NCBI GenBank assembly: GCA_963720565.1
Contig: CAVRFW010000009.1
Coordinates: 1-64,000 of the forward strand
Reading direction: 5' to 3'
Length of the DNA: 64,000 nt
From: Candidatus Bathyarchaeota archaeon
GTDB lineage: Archaea; Thermoproteota; Bathyarchaeia; Bathyarchaeales; Bathycorpusculaceae
This document shows, one piece after another, positions 39,824 through 49,798 of the stretch (the first letter of the stretch is position 1; the number at the start of each line of letters is the position of its first letter). The notes under the pieces are model-generated. The model made no database searches. It was not told the origin of the DNA and worked only from the letters and a program-made list of their open reading frames with translations. A program made the translations under genes and the position numbers.

Positions 39824-40726
39824 ATGAAACATACGCACAGACCGAAACAAGATTCAATTTCAAACATGCATGAATACAGAGGTGTCTCCAAAAATAGGCT
39901 TGTTCTTGCCATGTTAGTAACTGGGTCTGTAATGGTCATCGAGGTTTTGGGAAGCCTCATAACAGGTAGCTTAGCCCTAGGCAGCGATGCTAGTCACATG
40001 TTCACCCACCTTTTCGCCCTGGCAATCAGCTTTGCGGCAGTAATCATAGCCTGCAAGGAGCCTTGCCATCATAGAACATACGGTTTCTATCGAGCAGAAA
40101 TCCTCGCAGCACTTTTCAACAGCATTTTTCTTTTCGTCGTTACAGCCTACATTTTCCTACAAGGAATAGAACGTTTACTCCATCCTCAACCAGTACTAGG
40201 CTTGGACATGCTTATCGTTGCACTGTTTGGTTTGGCTGCAAACGGGTTAAGCATACTTATTCTAAGAGGAAGCGTAAGAACTGACCTAAACGTCAAAGGC
40301 GCTTTTCTTCATATGTTCGCCGACGCAGTCTCCTCAGTGGTTATAATACTTGGGGCAATTGCGGTTTCCTTAACAAATTGGTACATCATCGACCCACTCC
40401 TGGCAATAGGCATTTCCATTCTAATCCTATCTTGGGCTTGGGGCCTGTTCAAAGACTCTGTTAACATCCTACTGGAAACTGCGCCAAAGGGTATGAACAT
40501 CAACGAAATAAGTCATGAACTGAAGAAAGCGCTGCCTGAAATTGAAGAGATTACTGATATGCACGTTTGGGAGATTACTTCCAACATGTATTCTTTAACA
40601 GCACATGTCAGCATTAATGCAAGCGACTACAGAAAGAGCCGGGAAGTTCTGGACAAAATAAATGATTTGCTGAGCCAGAAATACAGCATCGAACACACAA
40701 CAATCCAGTTTGAGCTCATGAACTAA
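39824..40726 (+). CDS. Cation diffusion facilitator (CzcD/ZitB-like)
   Basis: SLALGSDASHMFTH, TYGFYRAE, AFLHMFAD, DMHVW, HTTIQFE. Confidence 0.93.
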   Translation: MKHTHRPKQDSISNMHEYRGVSKNRLVLAMLVTGSVMVIEVLGSLITGSLALGSDASHMFTHLFALAISFAAVIIACKEPCHHRTYGFYRAEILAALFNSIFLFVVTAYIFLQGIERLLHPQPVLGLDMLIVALFGLAANGLSILILRGSVRTDLNVKGAFLHMFADAVSSVVIILGAIAVSLTNWYIIDPLLAIGISILILSWAWGLFKDSVNILLETAPKGMNINEISHELKKALPEIEEITDMHVWEITSNMYSLTAHVSINASDYRKSREVLDKINDLLSQKYSIEHTTIQFELMN

Positions 40727-40871
40727 AAAACAAACTACCCTTCCTATCCTATGCCAAGTGTTTTCGTGCTGACTCAAGAGAATTCAGAGATTAGTTTCAC
40801 TACTGGTAGGTACTCTTTATGTAATGCGGTAACCCTGAACCCTTCTGATCGCTAGTGGCGGTGCAACGAAA

Positions 40872-41138
40872 ATGATTCAAATTTCCCCCTTCGTAATTCT
40901 GCTCGCAGTCGTCAACATAGGTTCACTTATGTTCTTCGGATTCGATAAGCTAAAGAGTAAGAGTGGAGGCTGGAGGATTCCGGAATCAAGACTTCTTCTA
41001 GTAGCCCTCGTAGGACCTTTCGGCGCGTACATCGGTATGCTGCTCTTCAGACACAAGACTCGCAAGACCAAGTTCCTTCTCGTCCCGCTTTTCGTGTTCA
41101 TACAAATAGGGTTGATAGTATATTTACGCCTCATATAG
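40872..41138 (+). CDS. DUF1294 membrane protein
   Basis: DK.K....WRIPE..L, FRHKTRK. Confidence 0.88.
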   Translation: MIQISPFVILLAVVNIGSLMFFGFDKLKSKSGGWRIPESRLLLVALVGPFGAYIGMLLFRHKTRKTKFLLVPLFVFIQIGLIVYLRLI

Positions 41139-41436
41139 CTTCATGCGCACAATGCTGAAATCTTTCCAGCCCCAAAACCGCCGGAAAATCCTCTGCCTCC
41201 GAAAACTTTGATTTTCAATTGAATTCCGACTGTAAAGATCCCCATTAATGATGAAAACAAATCGAATCCAAACGGTCTCTTTAATTCAAGCCCTTTCTTC
41301 AGAGCTTCCATTCCGTCACGACATCAGGCACTGAGCCCTCGCAATAGTGTTATGTATGACGTGCTCTTCCAGCAACAAGCTTAAATTTTCCAACATTCTT
41401 ATTTCAAACTACAATATTTGACATGGAGATACTGTT

Positions 41437-42336
41437 ATGAATCTGCTTTATCGAGGAAAAACAAAAGATGTTTTCACCAGACCGGACGGGAATCTAGAAT
41501 TTCACTTCAAAGACGATGCCACAGGCTACATGGCGGACGGGAAACCAGTGTTTAATTCTGGTTACGATCAAGTTGTTGGGCAAATTCCTGGGAAGGGAAA
41601 GATTTCATGCAAGTTTACGGAGTATTTTTTTGACTTGTTTCGAGAAAAAGGAATTCCCACAGATTTTGTAGAAATGGGATCCGAGCCAAACGTTATGGTT
41701 GTGAAACCAGCCAAACTCTTAGGCTTAGCAAACCAGGCAAAAGACTTCAAAGGTTCAGACGAAATATACGGTCTTGAAACCGTTTTCAGAAACGAAGTTA
41801 TGGGAAGCTGGTGGAGAAGATACCCATCTCAAACTCCTGGAAACAAACTGGAAGTCGTGGAATTCTACGCAAAAGGGAAAGCAGGCGAACCAGACATTCT
41901 GATGGTTGACGACGCTCTGGTTCAACTGGGAATGATGAATCAAAAGGAAATGGAAACAACAAAAAGTAGGACAAAACAAATCGGCAAAATACTGTATGAA
42001 GAATTCCTGAGAAGAGGTTTTCACATGGTCGATGGAAAAATGGAATGGGGAAGAGACGTAAAAACAGGCGAAATAATCCTGATTGATGACTTGTCGCCTG
42101 ACACTTTCCGCGTCTGTGAAGGCTACAACCTTGACAAAAACGGAAACTGCCAAGTAAACAAACAGTGCATAATGACTGACTACCGCCAAACATCAAGATT
42201 TGTGCGATGCTCAAACTGCAACGAATTCGTGGAAGTCCCAGGAGACTTCAAAAGATTCATAGAAGCCAAAAACATCTTAAGCGCTGATCCAGCAGGCTTA
42301 AAGAAATTGGCAGAGGCCTTCAAGCTAAAGCTCTGA
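41437..42336 (+). CDS. purC: SAICAR synthetase, divergent, with Cys-rich C-terminal region
   Basis: YRGKTKDV, KDDAT, IPGKG, E..RN..GSW.RRY, VDGKMEWG, DDLSPDTFR. Confidence 0.85.
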   Translation: MNLLYRGKTKDVFTRPDGNLEFHFKDDATGYMADGKPVFNSGYDQVVGQIPGKGKISCKFTEYFFDLFREKGIPTDFVEMGSEPNVMVVKPAKLLGLANQAKDFKGSDEIYGLETVFRNEVMGSWWRRYPSQTPGNKLEVVEFYAKGKAGEPDILMVDDALVQLGMMNQKEMETTKSRTKQIGKILYEEFLRRGFHMVDGKMEWGRDVKTGEIILIDDLSPDTFRVCEGYNLDKNGNCQVNKQCIMTDYRQTSRFVRCSNCNEFVEVPGDFKRFIEAKNILSADPAGLKKLAEAFKLKL

Positions 42337-42779
42337 CACAAAAAACTCAAATGCCGAAGACTGGTTGTAGACGCCATCCTCATTTATACACTTTAAAGTA
42401 AATCCTGTTCAGCTAAGGTAAAATAACTGTAAAAATGTGCATGTGGACCGAATTTGGCCCAAGATTGCAGGTGACTATTTCTTTCCTTTCGAAAGTTTTG
42501 TTGGAAGCGAAACCTGCTTTTTCTGTTTCCTCTTTTGGTCTTTTTCTCGCTGCAATTTCTTATGTTGTTCCAAACCTGCAGCTTTCTTGTCTCTTCTTGA
42601 CAAATTCGTCCACCTCGGCAGGCAGTAGAAGTATTACGCATTCTAAAATGTTGTCCCTATTGTGGCCTAATTTCCCCTAATTATGGGGTTCGATAATTAT
42701 CTCAACAAAATTTCAAACGGAGAATTTCCAGCGAGGTTGAAATAATGTTAATGTACCGTTGCTTTTCTTAACGATAGCT

Positions 42780-43028
42780 ATGACTGGAAAGACTAAAGTG
42801 GAAGGGCGAAAGAGAAGAGAGAAAATTCAAAATCACTTCTGGAACATAGTTAACTGTGACGAACACATTTCACTGCCCATGCTAAAGGACGCAGTTAGAA
42901 AGGAATTCAATTACAAGGACGACAGATTAGTCCACGCCCAAATCAAACTTCTGCAGACAGAGGCGAGAATAAGAATTCAAAGCAGAGTCAAAGTCTGGAT
43001 TAAGAAACCACAGGATAATCAAATGTGA
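42780..43028 (+). CDS. Small basic hypothetical protein (possible winged helix)
   Basis: About 82 aa with a helix/beta-hairpin pattern; no diagnostic motif. Confidence 0.5.
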   Translation: MTGKTKVEGRKRREKIQNHFWNIVNCDEHISLPMLKDAVRKEFNYKDDRLVHAQIKLLQTEARIRIQSRVKVWIKKPQDNQM

Positions 43029-43102
43029 CAGAATCATTAAACAACCGAAAATCTCCTATCATGTTAAAATTAGACCATGTCGTCATGGTTTAGAAAAAGG
43101 GT

Positions 43103-44293
43103 TTGAAATTGCAGTATCGTAGAATGGGTTCATTGGATTGGAAAGTGTCGGCTTTGGGGTTCGGTTGCATGAGGCTGCCACCCAGAAAAATCAACAGATT
43201 ACGAGCCCAAACTGAAAAATCAATCGAACTAATCCGTTACGGAATTGACTTAGGCATCAACTACATAGACACTGCCTGGCCATATCATCTGGGCGACAGC
43301 GAAAGAATTGTTGGAAAAGCATTGAAAGGCGGTTACAGAGACAAAGTCTACCTTGTCACCAAACTGCCGCTGTTTATAGTCACAAACACCAAGCATTTCG
43401 ACAGCTATCTGAAAACCCAGATGAAAAGACTCCAGACAGACCACTTAGACGCTTACCTATTTCACGCAGTAAACCAAGGTCAATTCGACAAAATAAAAAG
43501 GCTGGGACTAATCAAGAAAATGGAAAATGCAAAGAGAGAAGGGTTAATCCACAACATAGGCTTCTCGTTTCATGACACACTTCCAGTGTACAAGGAAATA
43601 ATCGACTACTACCCTTGGGACATCACCCAAATCCAATACAATTACATGGACACTGGGATTCAAGCAACAACAGAAGGACTATCATACGCACATAGCAAAG
43701 GAATTGCAGTAGTGGTTATGGAACCATTGAAAGGAGGAACTCTAGTAAATCCTCCACAAGAAGCACTAAACATAATCAATTCAGCAGAGAAGAAACGAAC
43801 CCCTGCAGACTGGGCCTTGCAGTTTCTCTGGAACAAGCCCGAAATCTCAGTAGTACTCAGTGGAATGAACACCGCGAAAATGATACGAGAAAACTGCGCA
43901 AGTGCTGACAACTCTGGGATAAACTCACTATCCCCCAAAGAGCAACAGGTAATTCAAAAACTCACAGAGGTGTTCAGAAAAAAGACAGCAGTTCCATGCA
44001 CAGCCTGTGGCTATTGTATGCCTTGCCCTCAAGGAGTCAACATACCTCAAAACTTCGCCTGCCTAAACAATTTAACCCTTGAGAGAAGCCGTTTTCGACG
44101 AATGCAGTCGCGGGGAGCTTACAAAAAACTGAGAAACAAAAAAACAGAAGTTAACCATGAAAATCCAAACGGCAACGCCACGCTTTGTGACAAATGCGGA
44201 GTTTGCGAGCAGAAATGTCCCCAAAAAATCCATATTCGCCAGGAACTTGAAAAAGTAAAACAGGAACTGGGCAGACGCAGCTCACTCTTCTAG
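43103..44293 (+). CDS. Aldo/keto reductase with C-terminal 4Fe-4S domain
   Basis: LGFGCMRLP, YIDTAWPY, MEPLKGG, CTACGYCMPCP, CDKCGVCEQKCP. Confidence 0.93.
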   Translation: MKLQYRRMGSLDWKVSALGFGCMRLPPRKINRLRAQTEKSIELIRYGIDLGINYIDTAWPYHLGDSERIVGKALKGGYRDKVYLVTKLPLFIVTNTKHFDSYLKTQMKRLQTDHLDAYLFHAVNQGQFDKIKRLGLIKKMENAKREGLIHNIGFSFHDTLPVYKEIIDYYPWDITQIQYNYMDTGIQATTEGLSYAHSKGIAVVVMEPLKGGTLVNPPQEALNIINSAEKKRTPADWALQFLWNKPEISVVLSGMNTAKMIRENCASADNSGINSLSPKEQQVIQKLTEVFRKKTAVPCTACGYCMPCPQGVNIPQNFACLNNLTLERSRFRRMQSRGAYKKLRNKKTEVNHENPNGNATLCDKCGVCEQKCPQKIHIRQELEKVKQELGRRSSLF

Positions 44294-44302
44294 TAAGGCT
44301 AA

Positions 44303-44764
44303 TTAACCTTGAGTTAGTCTTCCGGCGAGTTTAGCGCCAAAATCTCGGCAACTTCGTATCAGTTCATCTTCTTTTTCGTCTTCATCGCTAATTATCCCAG
44401 GAACCAACTTCATTTTATGATGAAAACCAAAAGATAATTCCAATAGTCTAAGGCATTCTATTCCGTCAGTTTGGCACCCAGCAGAGGTGAAGCATCCACC
44501 TACTTTTCCTTCAAGCGAAGATGTTGCCCCGTAGAAGCATATTGACTCATCAACTAACTTCTTAATTGGCCAAGCCATATTGCTGAAGTAAGTTGGGGAA
44601 CCAATAGCGATTCCGTCGAACTTGACTAGGTCGGCAACGTTAAAATTCTCCACTCCTTTCAGGACAGCTTGCACCTTGAGCGCATTAACGGCTTCGCAAA
44701 TGTTCTCTGCCATTCTCTTCGTTTTACCTGCTTTAGAATAGTAAACGACTAGTAATGATTTCAC
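44303..44764 (-). CDS. Flavodoxin/WrbA-like protein
   Basis: YYSKAGKTKRMA, GSPTYF, GCFTSAG. Confidence 0.88.
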   Translation of the reverse strand: MKSLLVVYYSKAGKTKRMAENICEAVNALKVQAVLKGVENFNVADLVKFDGIAIGSPTYFSNMAWPIKKLVDESICFYGATSSLEGKVGGCFTSAGCQTDGIECLRLLELSFGFHHKMKLVPGIISDEDEKEDELIRSCRDFGAKLAGRLTQG

Positions 44765-44841
44765 CCTAATTCATCCTCAACCATTAGAGTAAGACGTTTG
44801 GGCTTGAAATATCTTCTGCAGTGTCCATAGAAAAATGGGTT

Positions 44842-45291
44842 CTAGGTTTTCTTAGGTTTTCTTTTTAGCGGCAGCAGCTTCTTAACGTCTTCTGCATCTC
44901 TTGCCGAGTACAGTCTAATCCATAGCCAACGTCCGTCATGTAACTGTTTGGTGTCTTCGATTAGCTTGTGCATCTTAGGGCTCAGTTCGTTTTGCATTGA
45001 GAGAGCTTTCGCTGATTCTTCTCTGCCCAGTATAAGGAGAATTCTGACAGATCCCTTTTCAGGGGTGAGTGTCACAAGAGTCTTGCCACTCTTGCGATAT
45101 CGAACGTCCCATCCCTGTTTCTTGTCAAAAATCATTTCAGGTGTCATGTCATAGCTATCGCGCAGAAATGTTCTAAGCTCTTTCCAAGCTTCCACTGCTC
45201 CAGAATCTTGTATGAAATCTGAGATTTCTTTTTCATCAGGGCTACGAGTTCCATCAAGCATCCTTTGATGCTCTGCTGCCACGATTTCCAC
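44842..45291 (-). CDS. DUF3788-like protein
   Basis: GW.VRYRKSGKTL, HDGRWLWI, K.K tail. Confidence 0.75.
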   Translation of the reverse strand: MEIVAAEHQRMLDGTRSPDEKEISDFIQDSGAVEAWKELRTFLRDSYDMTPEMIFDKKQGWDVRYRKSGKTLVTLTPEKGSVRILLILGREESAKALSMQNELSPKMHKLIEDTKQLHDGRWLWIRLYSARDAEDVKKLLPLKRKPKKT

Positions 45292-45428
45292 TCAACCTTC
45301 AACTACTCCAGTTTCTGTGCATTATTATAGCTTTTTCGTAGACGCAGAAGCCAGAGCAGCAGCACGCGCTACGCCCTTCACGGTCAAAAACTCGCCAGTT
45401 ACCTGAATCTGACGCAATGAAGATGGAC

Positions 45429-46178
45429 TCACTTCTTCTGTTTCTTAAGGGCTACTAAGGTTATGCCTATGATGGATGCCGTTCCTATGGCTGCTGTGGA
45501 GTAAAAGCCTTCTGGTGGGACGATCATTGATGTGTTTGTCGGCCAAGGTGATAGGGTGGGTAACACTGTGGGCGAGGGTGCTTGCGTGGTTGAGGGTGTT
45601 GGCGTTGGGGTTGATGTTGGATTAGGCGTAGTTGTGGAGGTTGGAGTTGGTGAGGTTGTTGGTGTTGGCGTTGCCGTAGGTGTCGGTGTCTGGGTTGGAT
45701 TTGGTGTTGGTGTGGGTGTCGGAATAGGAGTGGGTGCAATCCGGGAAACGTAAAGAACCCACGAGGAAGGATTGAACTCGTTTTCGTCGTCATTGATCGT
45801 TGCGTATTTCCCGTCAACAACTGCTTTGTTTACATTCAGAAAATGGGTTTCATTGAAAGCCAAATATGCTACACAGACAAGCCACTCTTGGTCGCTGTCT
45901 GTCTCACTTTCATCACTAACGTCCAAGTAAACTGTCTTGCCGTCAAGTAAGCTTGTCAAATAGCTTTTGGATTTCGAATAACCTATTTGGCGATAATCCG
46001 GAGCGTTAATATCAGCAAGTCTAACCGTCTCTCCGGTGGCAATTTCAAATGTGTCTCCATTAACCACATTTTCCACTACAGCTTCATAGTCAATTTCTCC
46101 GTTAACATTGAAAACGTAAATGCTGGATACAAAAAGAGATAGGGCTAAAACGAAGAATAACCCTAATCTACCTTTCAT
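45429..46178 (-). CDS. Surface-anchored thermonuclease (SNase)-like protein with Pro/Thr linker
   Basis: Signal peptide, VVNGDTF, VRLADINAP, NVNKAVV.G.A, (PT)n linker, TM+KKQKK. Confidence 0.8.
   Translation of the reverse strand: MKGRLGLFFVLALSLFVSSIYVFNVNGEIDYEAVVENVVNGDTFEIATGETVRLADINAPDYRQIGYSKSKSYLTSLLDGKTVYLDVSDESETDSDQEWLVCVAYLAFNETHFLNVNKAVVDGKYATINDDENEFNPSSWVLYVSRIAPTPIPTPTPTPNPTQTPTPTATPTPTTSPTPTSTTTPNPTSTPTPTPSTTQAPSPTVLPTLSPWPTNTSMIVPPEGFYSTAAIGTASIIGITLVALKKQKK
45590..45735 (-). repeat. Low-complexity Pro/Thr linker repeat (coding)
   Basis: (CCA/ACA)n-type codons encoding PTPTPT. Confidence 0.8.
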
Positions 46179-46336
46179 TATCCTACCCCAAACCGAGTTG
46201 GGTCCCAATGTTTATAGCACTTATTTCGATTTCCAGAATAAAGAGAGTCCAAGCCTATTTCTAGACGGTTACTATTACGTAGATAAATAGTGCATAAGAA
46301 AAAAAGGGCTAAGCACGAATTCACAACTACTTCGTG

Positions 46337-46402
46337 CTATTTCCCCGTCTTTTCGTCGTGTTTCTTCTTTTTCTGTTTATTCTTTTTTGCTAGCGAAGGC
46401 AT
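46337..46402 (-). CDS. Putative 21-aa Lys-rich small protein MPSLAKKNKQKKKKHDEKTGK
   Basis: ATG with upstream GGAG and a TTTAATA box about 55 nt upstream; downstream hairpin and CCCTTTTTTT. Confidence 0.4.
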   Translation of the reverse strand: MPSLAKKNKQKKKKHDEKTGK

Positions 46403-46624
46403 ACATACGACTCCGTGAACTAAACCTGCAATCTACCATAGTACTGAAGATGCCTATTAAAGTTGACCGCTAAGACGAAAAGCCGGAGCCATTAAATAAC
46501 TTAAAAGTCCAAGTTTTGTTGAGTTTAGTTCCCTCAGGGAGGCATCTAAAACCATCTAAAGCACATGCTGATCATTAAACTCTTAAATAAGTGGGTTTTC
46601 AAATCATATGGATGGGCGTCACTT

Positions 46625-47023
46625 ATGAAAGGTTTTAAGTCCAATATTGAGAAAGCCACTTTGAAAAACAAAGATTTTAGACATGTGCTCTACACGGGCA
46701 AATACAGTCAGCTAGTGCTGATGACTCTTAAGCCAGGTGAAGAAATAGGCGAAGAGGTTCATAAGACCGTCGATCAATTCTTCAGGTTCGAAGAAGGTGT
46801 AGGCTCAGTCTCAATAGACGGTGTTAGGCAGAAAGTCACTGATGGAGATGCCGTCATAGTACCCTCCGGAGCGAAACACAACGTTATCAATACGTCAAAA
46901 ACGGTGGAGCTCAAACTGTACACTATATACTCGCCGCCAGAACATCAAGACGGCACGGTGCGCAAAACAAAAGCAGACGCACTTGCTAAGCCAGAGGAAT
47001 TTGACGGCAAAACAACGGAATAG
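46625..47023 (+). CDS. Cupin domain protein
   Basis: EIGEEVH..DQFF..EEG, VPSGAKHNV, LYTIYSPPEH. Confidence 0.9.
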   Translation: MKGFKSNIEKATLKNKDFRHVLYTGKYSQLVLMTLKPGEEIGEEVHKTVDQFFRFEEGVGSVSIDGVRQKVTDGDAVIVPSGAKHNVINTSKTVELKLYTIYSPPEHQDGTVRKTKADALAKPEEFDGKTTE

Positions 47024-47149
47024 CCCTCCGCCTTCTTTATGCGACGCACACACGCGCTGTGGTTACCTCGTAGATGGGCTTGTTGTTAGATTAGGTTTCA
47101 GGCCTTGGCAGGCTTGGCAGTGCCTGCTTTTTTACTGATTCCAAACTTG

Positions 47150-47341
47150 TCATTTTTTGCTTGTTGCACCTATCAGAATGCCGATGGCAACGGCAAAAGA
47201 TGCTATGGCAAAAGTCTCGTGATGCAGGTCTGTAAACTGAAACCAAACTCCTATTGTTTGGAATTGGTCGCGCATAATGAAAAACCCTGTAGCTATGAAG
47301 AATAGCACTTCAAGAAGAATAGTGATTCTGCCCCAGTTCAT
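47150..47341 (-). CDS. Small two-TM hypothetical protein
   Basis: Two hydrophobic helices flanking DLHHE. Confidence 0.55.
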   Translation of the reverse strand: MNWGRITILLEVLFFIATGFFIMRDQFQTIGVWFQFTDLHHETFAIASFAVAIGILIGATSKK

Positions 47342-47421
47342 TGTATATCAACCTGCCAACTTCAACAAAGGTTCAAAATAGAAAAGGGTTTTCCTGTTTT
47401 CATCAGAAATTAATGTTACTC

Positions 47422-47661
47422 TTATAGAGAGCAATAGTCTGCTTTGTGAAGAAACAGCGACTCCAATAACAAGAAATAGAAATAGCAGTCAAAGATGGAG
47501 CGTAAGAGCTCAACGTAAAGTTCATCATTCGTAGAGCTTTGCGCAGTTACTGGCGGCTTTGTGTTCTTTAGAAGCTTCTTCAGAAGTTTTTTCTTGGGAA
47601 GCTTTGGCTTCTTAACTCTCACATCTGTTGTCAAGTCGTTTCCCAGTACTTCTATACTCAA
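47422..47661 (-). CDS. Hypothetical protein
   Basis: 79-aa ORF, basic N-terminus and hydrophobic C-terminus; co-oriented with neighbours. Confidence 0.3.
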   Translation of the reverse strand: MSIEVLGNDLTTDVRVKKPKLPKKKLLKKLLKNTKPPVTAQSSTNDELYVELLRSIFDCYFYFLLLESLFLHKADYCSL

Positions 47662-47730
47662 TTTTGTCTCTTAGTTCTAATCACGCCTGCAAGATGAATA
47701 AGAAAACAAGTTCGTTTCCGATTTCTCGTG

Positions 47731-47937
47731 TTACTCTGGGCTTTCCACGCGTGAAGGGTCTTTGGTGACTTTCAGGGTCTTCCATCCTCCAAAGAAGTCC
47801 TTCTTGTAGAAATGGAATAATCCACATACGGGGCACCTCAAGATTCTTGTTCCCTTTTCCATGTCTATTTCATACAATTCTAAATCATTACCACAGTCAT
47901 AGCACCCGCGAGTATGTGTTTTCGCATTTGACCCCAA
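47731..47937 (-). CDS. Small zinc-ribbon protein
   Basis: CYDCG...CPVCG. Confidence 0.7.
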   Translation of the reverse strand: MGSNAKTHTRGCYDCGNDLELYEIDMEKGTRILRCPVCGLFHFYKKDFFGGWKTLKVTKDPSRVESPE

Positions 47938-48019
47938 GTTTGCCTACTCCTTGCCGAACGATAATGTAGACTCACTGTATAAAATCTTACTCGAGACGCT
48001 TCCTAAGAAACGTTGAATT

Positions 48020-48400
48020 TTATGGAAGTCTGCTTTCCGCTTCTGAATCTATTTTCTGCAGAAGTTTAAGCACTTTCCACCCTCTTTTCGCAACGCGGCT
48101 TCCCTCAAGTTTCTCTTTTGCGCAGCAATCCTCGTCCACAACGATCCCTTTTTCCTCATCGAAAACTACGGGATAAAGGCGACAACCCAAGGGTCTGGAA
48201 CGATAAACTTTGCATCGTTTATTCTCAACATTGTAGAAAAAGCAGTGATCATGTAGGTTTCGCAGTTTAGGATAGCCTTCCTCGTCAAACGCAACAAAAG
48301 AGTCCTTGCTGTAGCCTTTTTGTTCCAAACGCTCAATATCGTTTTCAGAAAGTAGCATTTCGGTTTTTATGCAGCAAGCTCCACATCGCAGACAATGCAT
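48020..48400 (-). CDS. YkgJ/CxxCxxCC cysteine-cluster protein
   Basis: CLRCGACC, C.FY, CKVY..RPLGCRLYP. Confidence 0.88.
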   Translation of the reverse strand: MHCLRCGACCIKTEMLLSENDIERLEQKGYSKDSFVAFDEEGYPKLRNLHDHCFFYNVENKRCKVYRSRPLGCRLYPVVFDEEKGIVVDEDCCAKEKLEGSRVAKRGWKVLKLLQKIDSEAESRLP

Positions 48401-48515
48401 AAACGTATCTTATTCTGCATGTATTTCAGCTTTTATCAGGCAAACTCCATAGGGCTTCAACCTTGAACGCGAAAAAGCTTTTAGGCGTATTATCTTAAGT
48501 CTCATTTTGGTTTAA

Positions 48516-48926
48516 ATGACGAAAATAACGAGAGTTGGAGTAACGTTTCCCCCGGACCTCCTCAGAGACTTTGACGAAATAACAGGCAAAATGGGGTATG
48601 AGAGCCGCTCCAAAGCTATCCAAGACGCAGTTACCCTTTTTGTATCGGAAAGAAAATGGATTCGGGAAGACGAAAACACCCTTCAAACAGGGATTCTGCT
48701 CATGGTCTACGATCATGACGTCAGAGGTTTAGAAGCCAAACTAACTGAAGCCCAACACGAATATTCCAAGCTAATATCTTCAACTCTGCACATTCACGTA
48801 AGCGAACACGACTGCCTCGAAGCAATCGCCGTAAGGGGCAAAGCCTCTGATATCCGAAAACTCGGAGACGAACTTGCCACAAAGAAAGGCGTAAAAATAC
48901 TCAAGACAATGATTGCGACCGTCTGA
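48516..48926 (+). CDS. nikR: Nickel-responsive regulator NikR
   Basis: RHH RVGVTF..SRSKAIQDA; YDH, QH, TLHIH..HDCLE nickel ligands. Confidence 0.95.
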   Translation: MTKITRVGVTFPPDLLRDFDEITGKMGYESRSKAIQDAVTLFVSERKWIREDENTLQTGILLMVYDHDVRGLEAKLTEAQHEYSKLISSTLHIHVSEHDCLEAIAVRGKASDIRKLGDELATKKGVKILKTMIATV

Positions 48927-48994
48927 GCCGGAATAAAACATTAACTTAGCCGTTCTTTCTTCAGGAGGCCGCTCAGTTCCCGTACGTGCATCAC

Positions 48995-49786
48995 TTATCG
49001 TGACGGGAGTGTCCTTGACCAATCCTGCAGTTTTTTAGCTCCGAGAAAAGCTTGGCAATCGCGGGCGGTTCCAGACCAGCTAGATCCTAGGAGCTTCATA
49101 TCCTGTAGAACCTCAGAAGTTTTTCCTTCGCCAAGCATAGATCCTTGGCTGATTACGACCACTCTGTCCGCTAGTTCTGGAAGTGCTTCCACATCATGGG
49201 TCGACACCAACAATGTTGCTCCTTCTTTATTCAACTCGTTAAGCATACCGATGAGGCCTCTCCTGGAAATGAGATCTAAGTTTGCGGTAGGTTCATCGAG
49301 AATTAGAAGCTCAGGCTTCAAAACTAGGGCAGTCGCCAAAGAAGCCTTCTTCTTCTCTCCGAAGCTTAATCTGTGCGGTGGGCGATTTTTCAGATGGTTA
49401 ATGCCGATCTTTGTAAGGACCTCCTCGCTTCTTTGTTTTATTTCAGCTTCGGGAAGTCCAAGGTTTTTCGGTCCATACTCAACATCTTCAGTTACGCTTT
49501 GAGTGAACAACTGATCATCTGGATCCTGAAAGACCACGCCTATTCTTCGCCTCAGTTTCGGGAACTCTTTTGATGATGTACTCTTCCCGAAAACATTTAT
49601 TGCCCCTTTCTGAGGGGTCAGAAGCCCAGCCATCAAGAGCATGAGCGTGGATTTTCCGGAGCCGTTGGGACCTAGCAGTGCAACTCGTTCTCCTTTGAAG
49701 ATTTTGAGAGATACTCCTTCTATGACATTGACTCCCGAGGGATAGCTGAATTGGACATCTTCGACTTCAATAATAGAATCGCTCAC
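48995..49786 (-). CDS. cbiO: ECF transporter ATPase (CbiO/NikO); C-terminus frameshifted at ~49085
   Basis: GPNGSGKS, VFQDPDDQLF, LSFGEKK, LDEPT. Confidence 0.93.
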   Translation of the reverse strand: MSDSIIEVEDVQFSYPSGVNVIEGVSLKIFKGERVALLGPNGSGKSTLMLLMAGLLTPQKGAINVFGKSTSSKEFPKLRRRIGVVFQDPDDQLFTQSVTEDVEYGPKNLGLPEAEIKQRSEEVLTKIGINHLKNRPPHRLSFGEKKKASLATALVLKPELLILDEPTANLDLISRRGLIGMLNELNKEGATLLVSTHDVEALPELADRVVVISQGSMLGEGKTSEVLQDMKLLGSSWSGTARDCQAFLGAKKLQDWSRTLPSR

Positions 49787-49798
49787 GGAAATGGTCTC

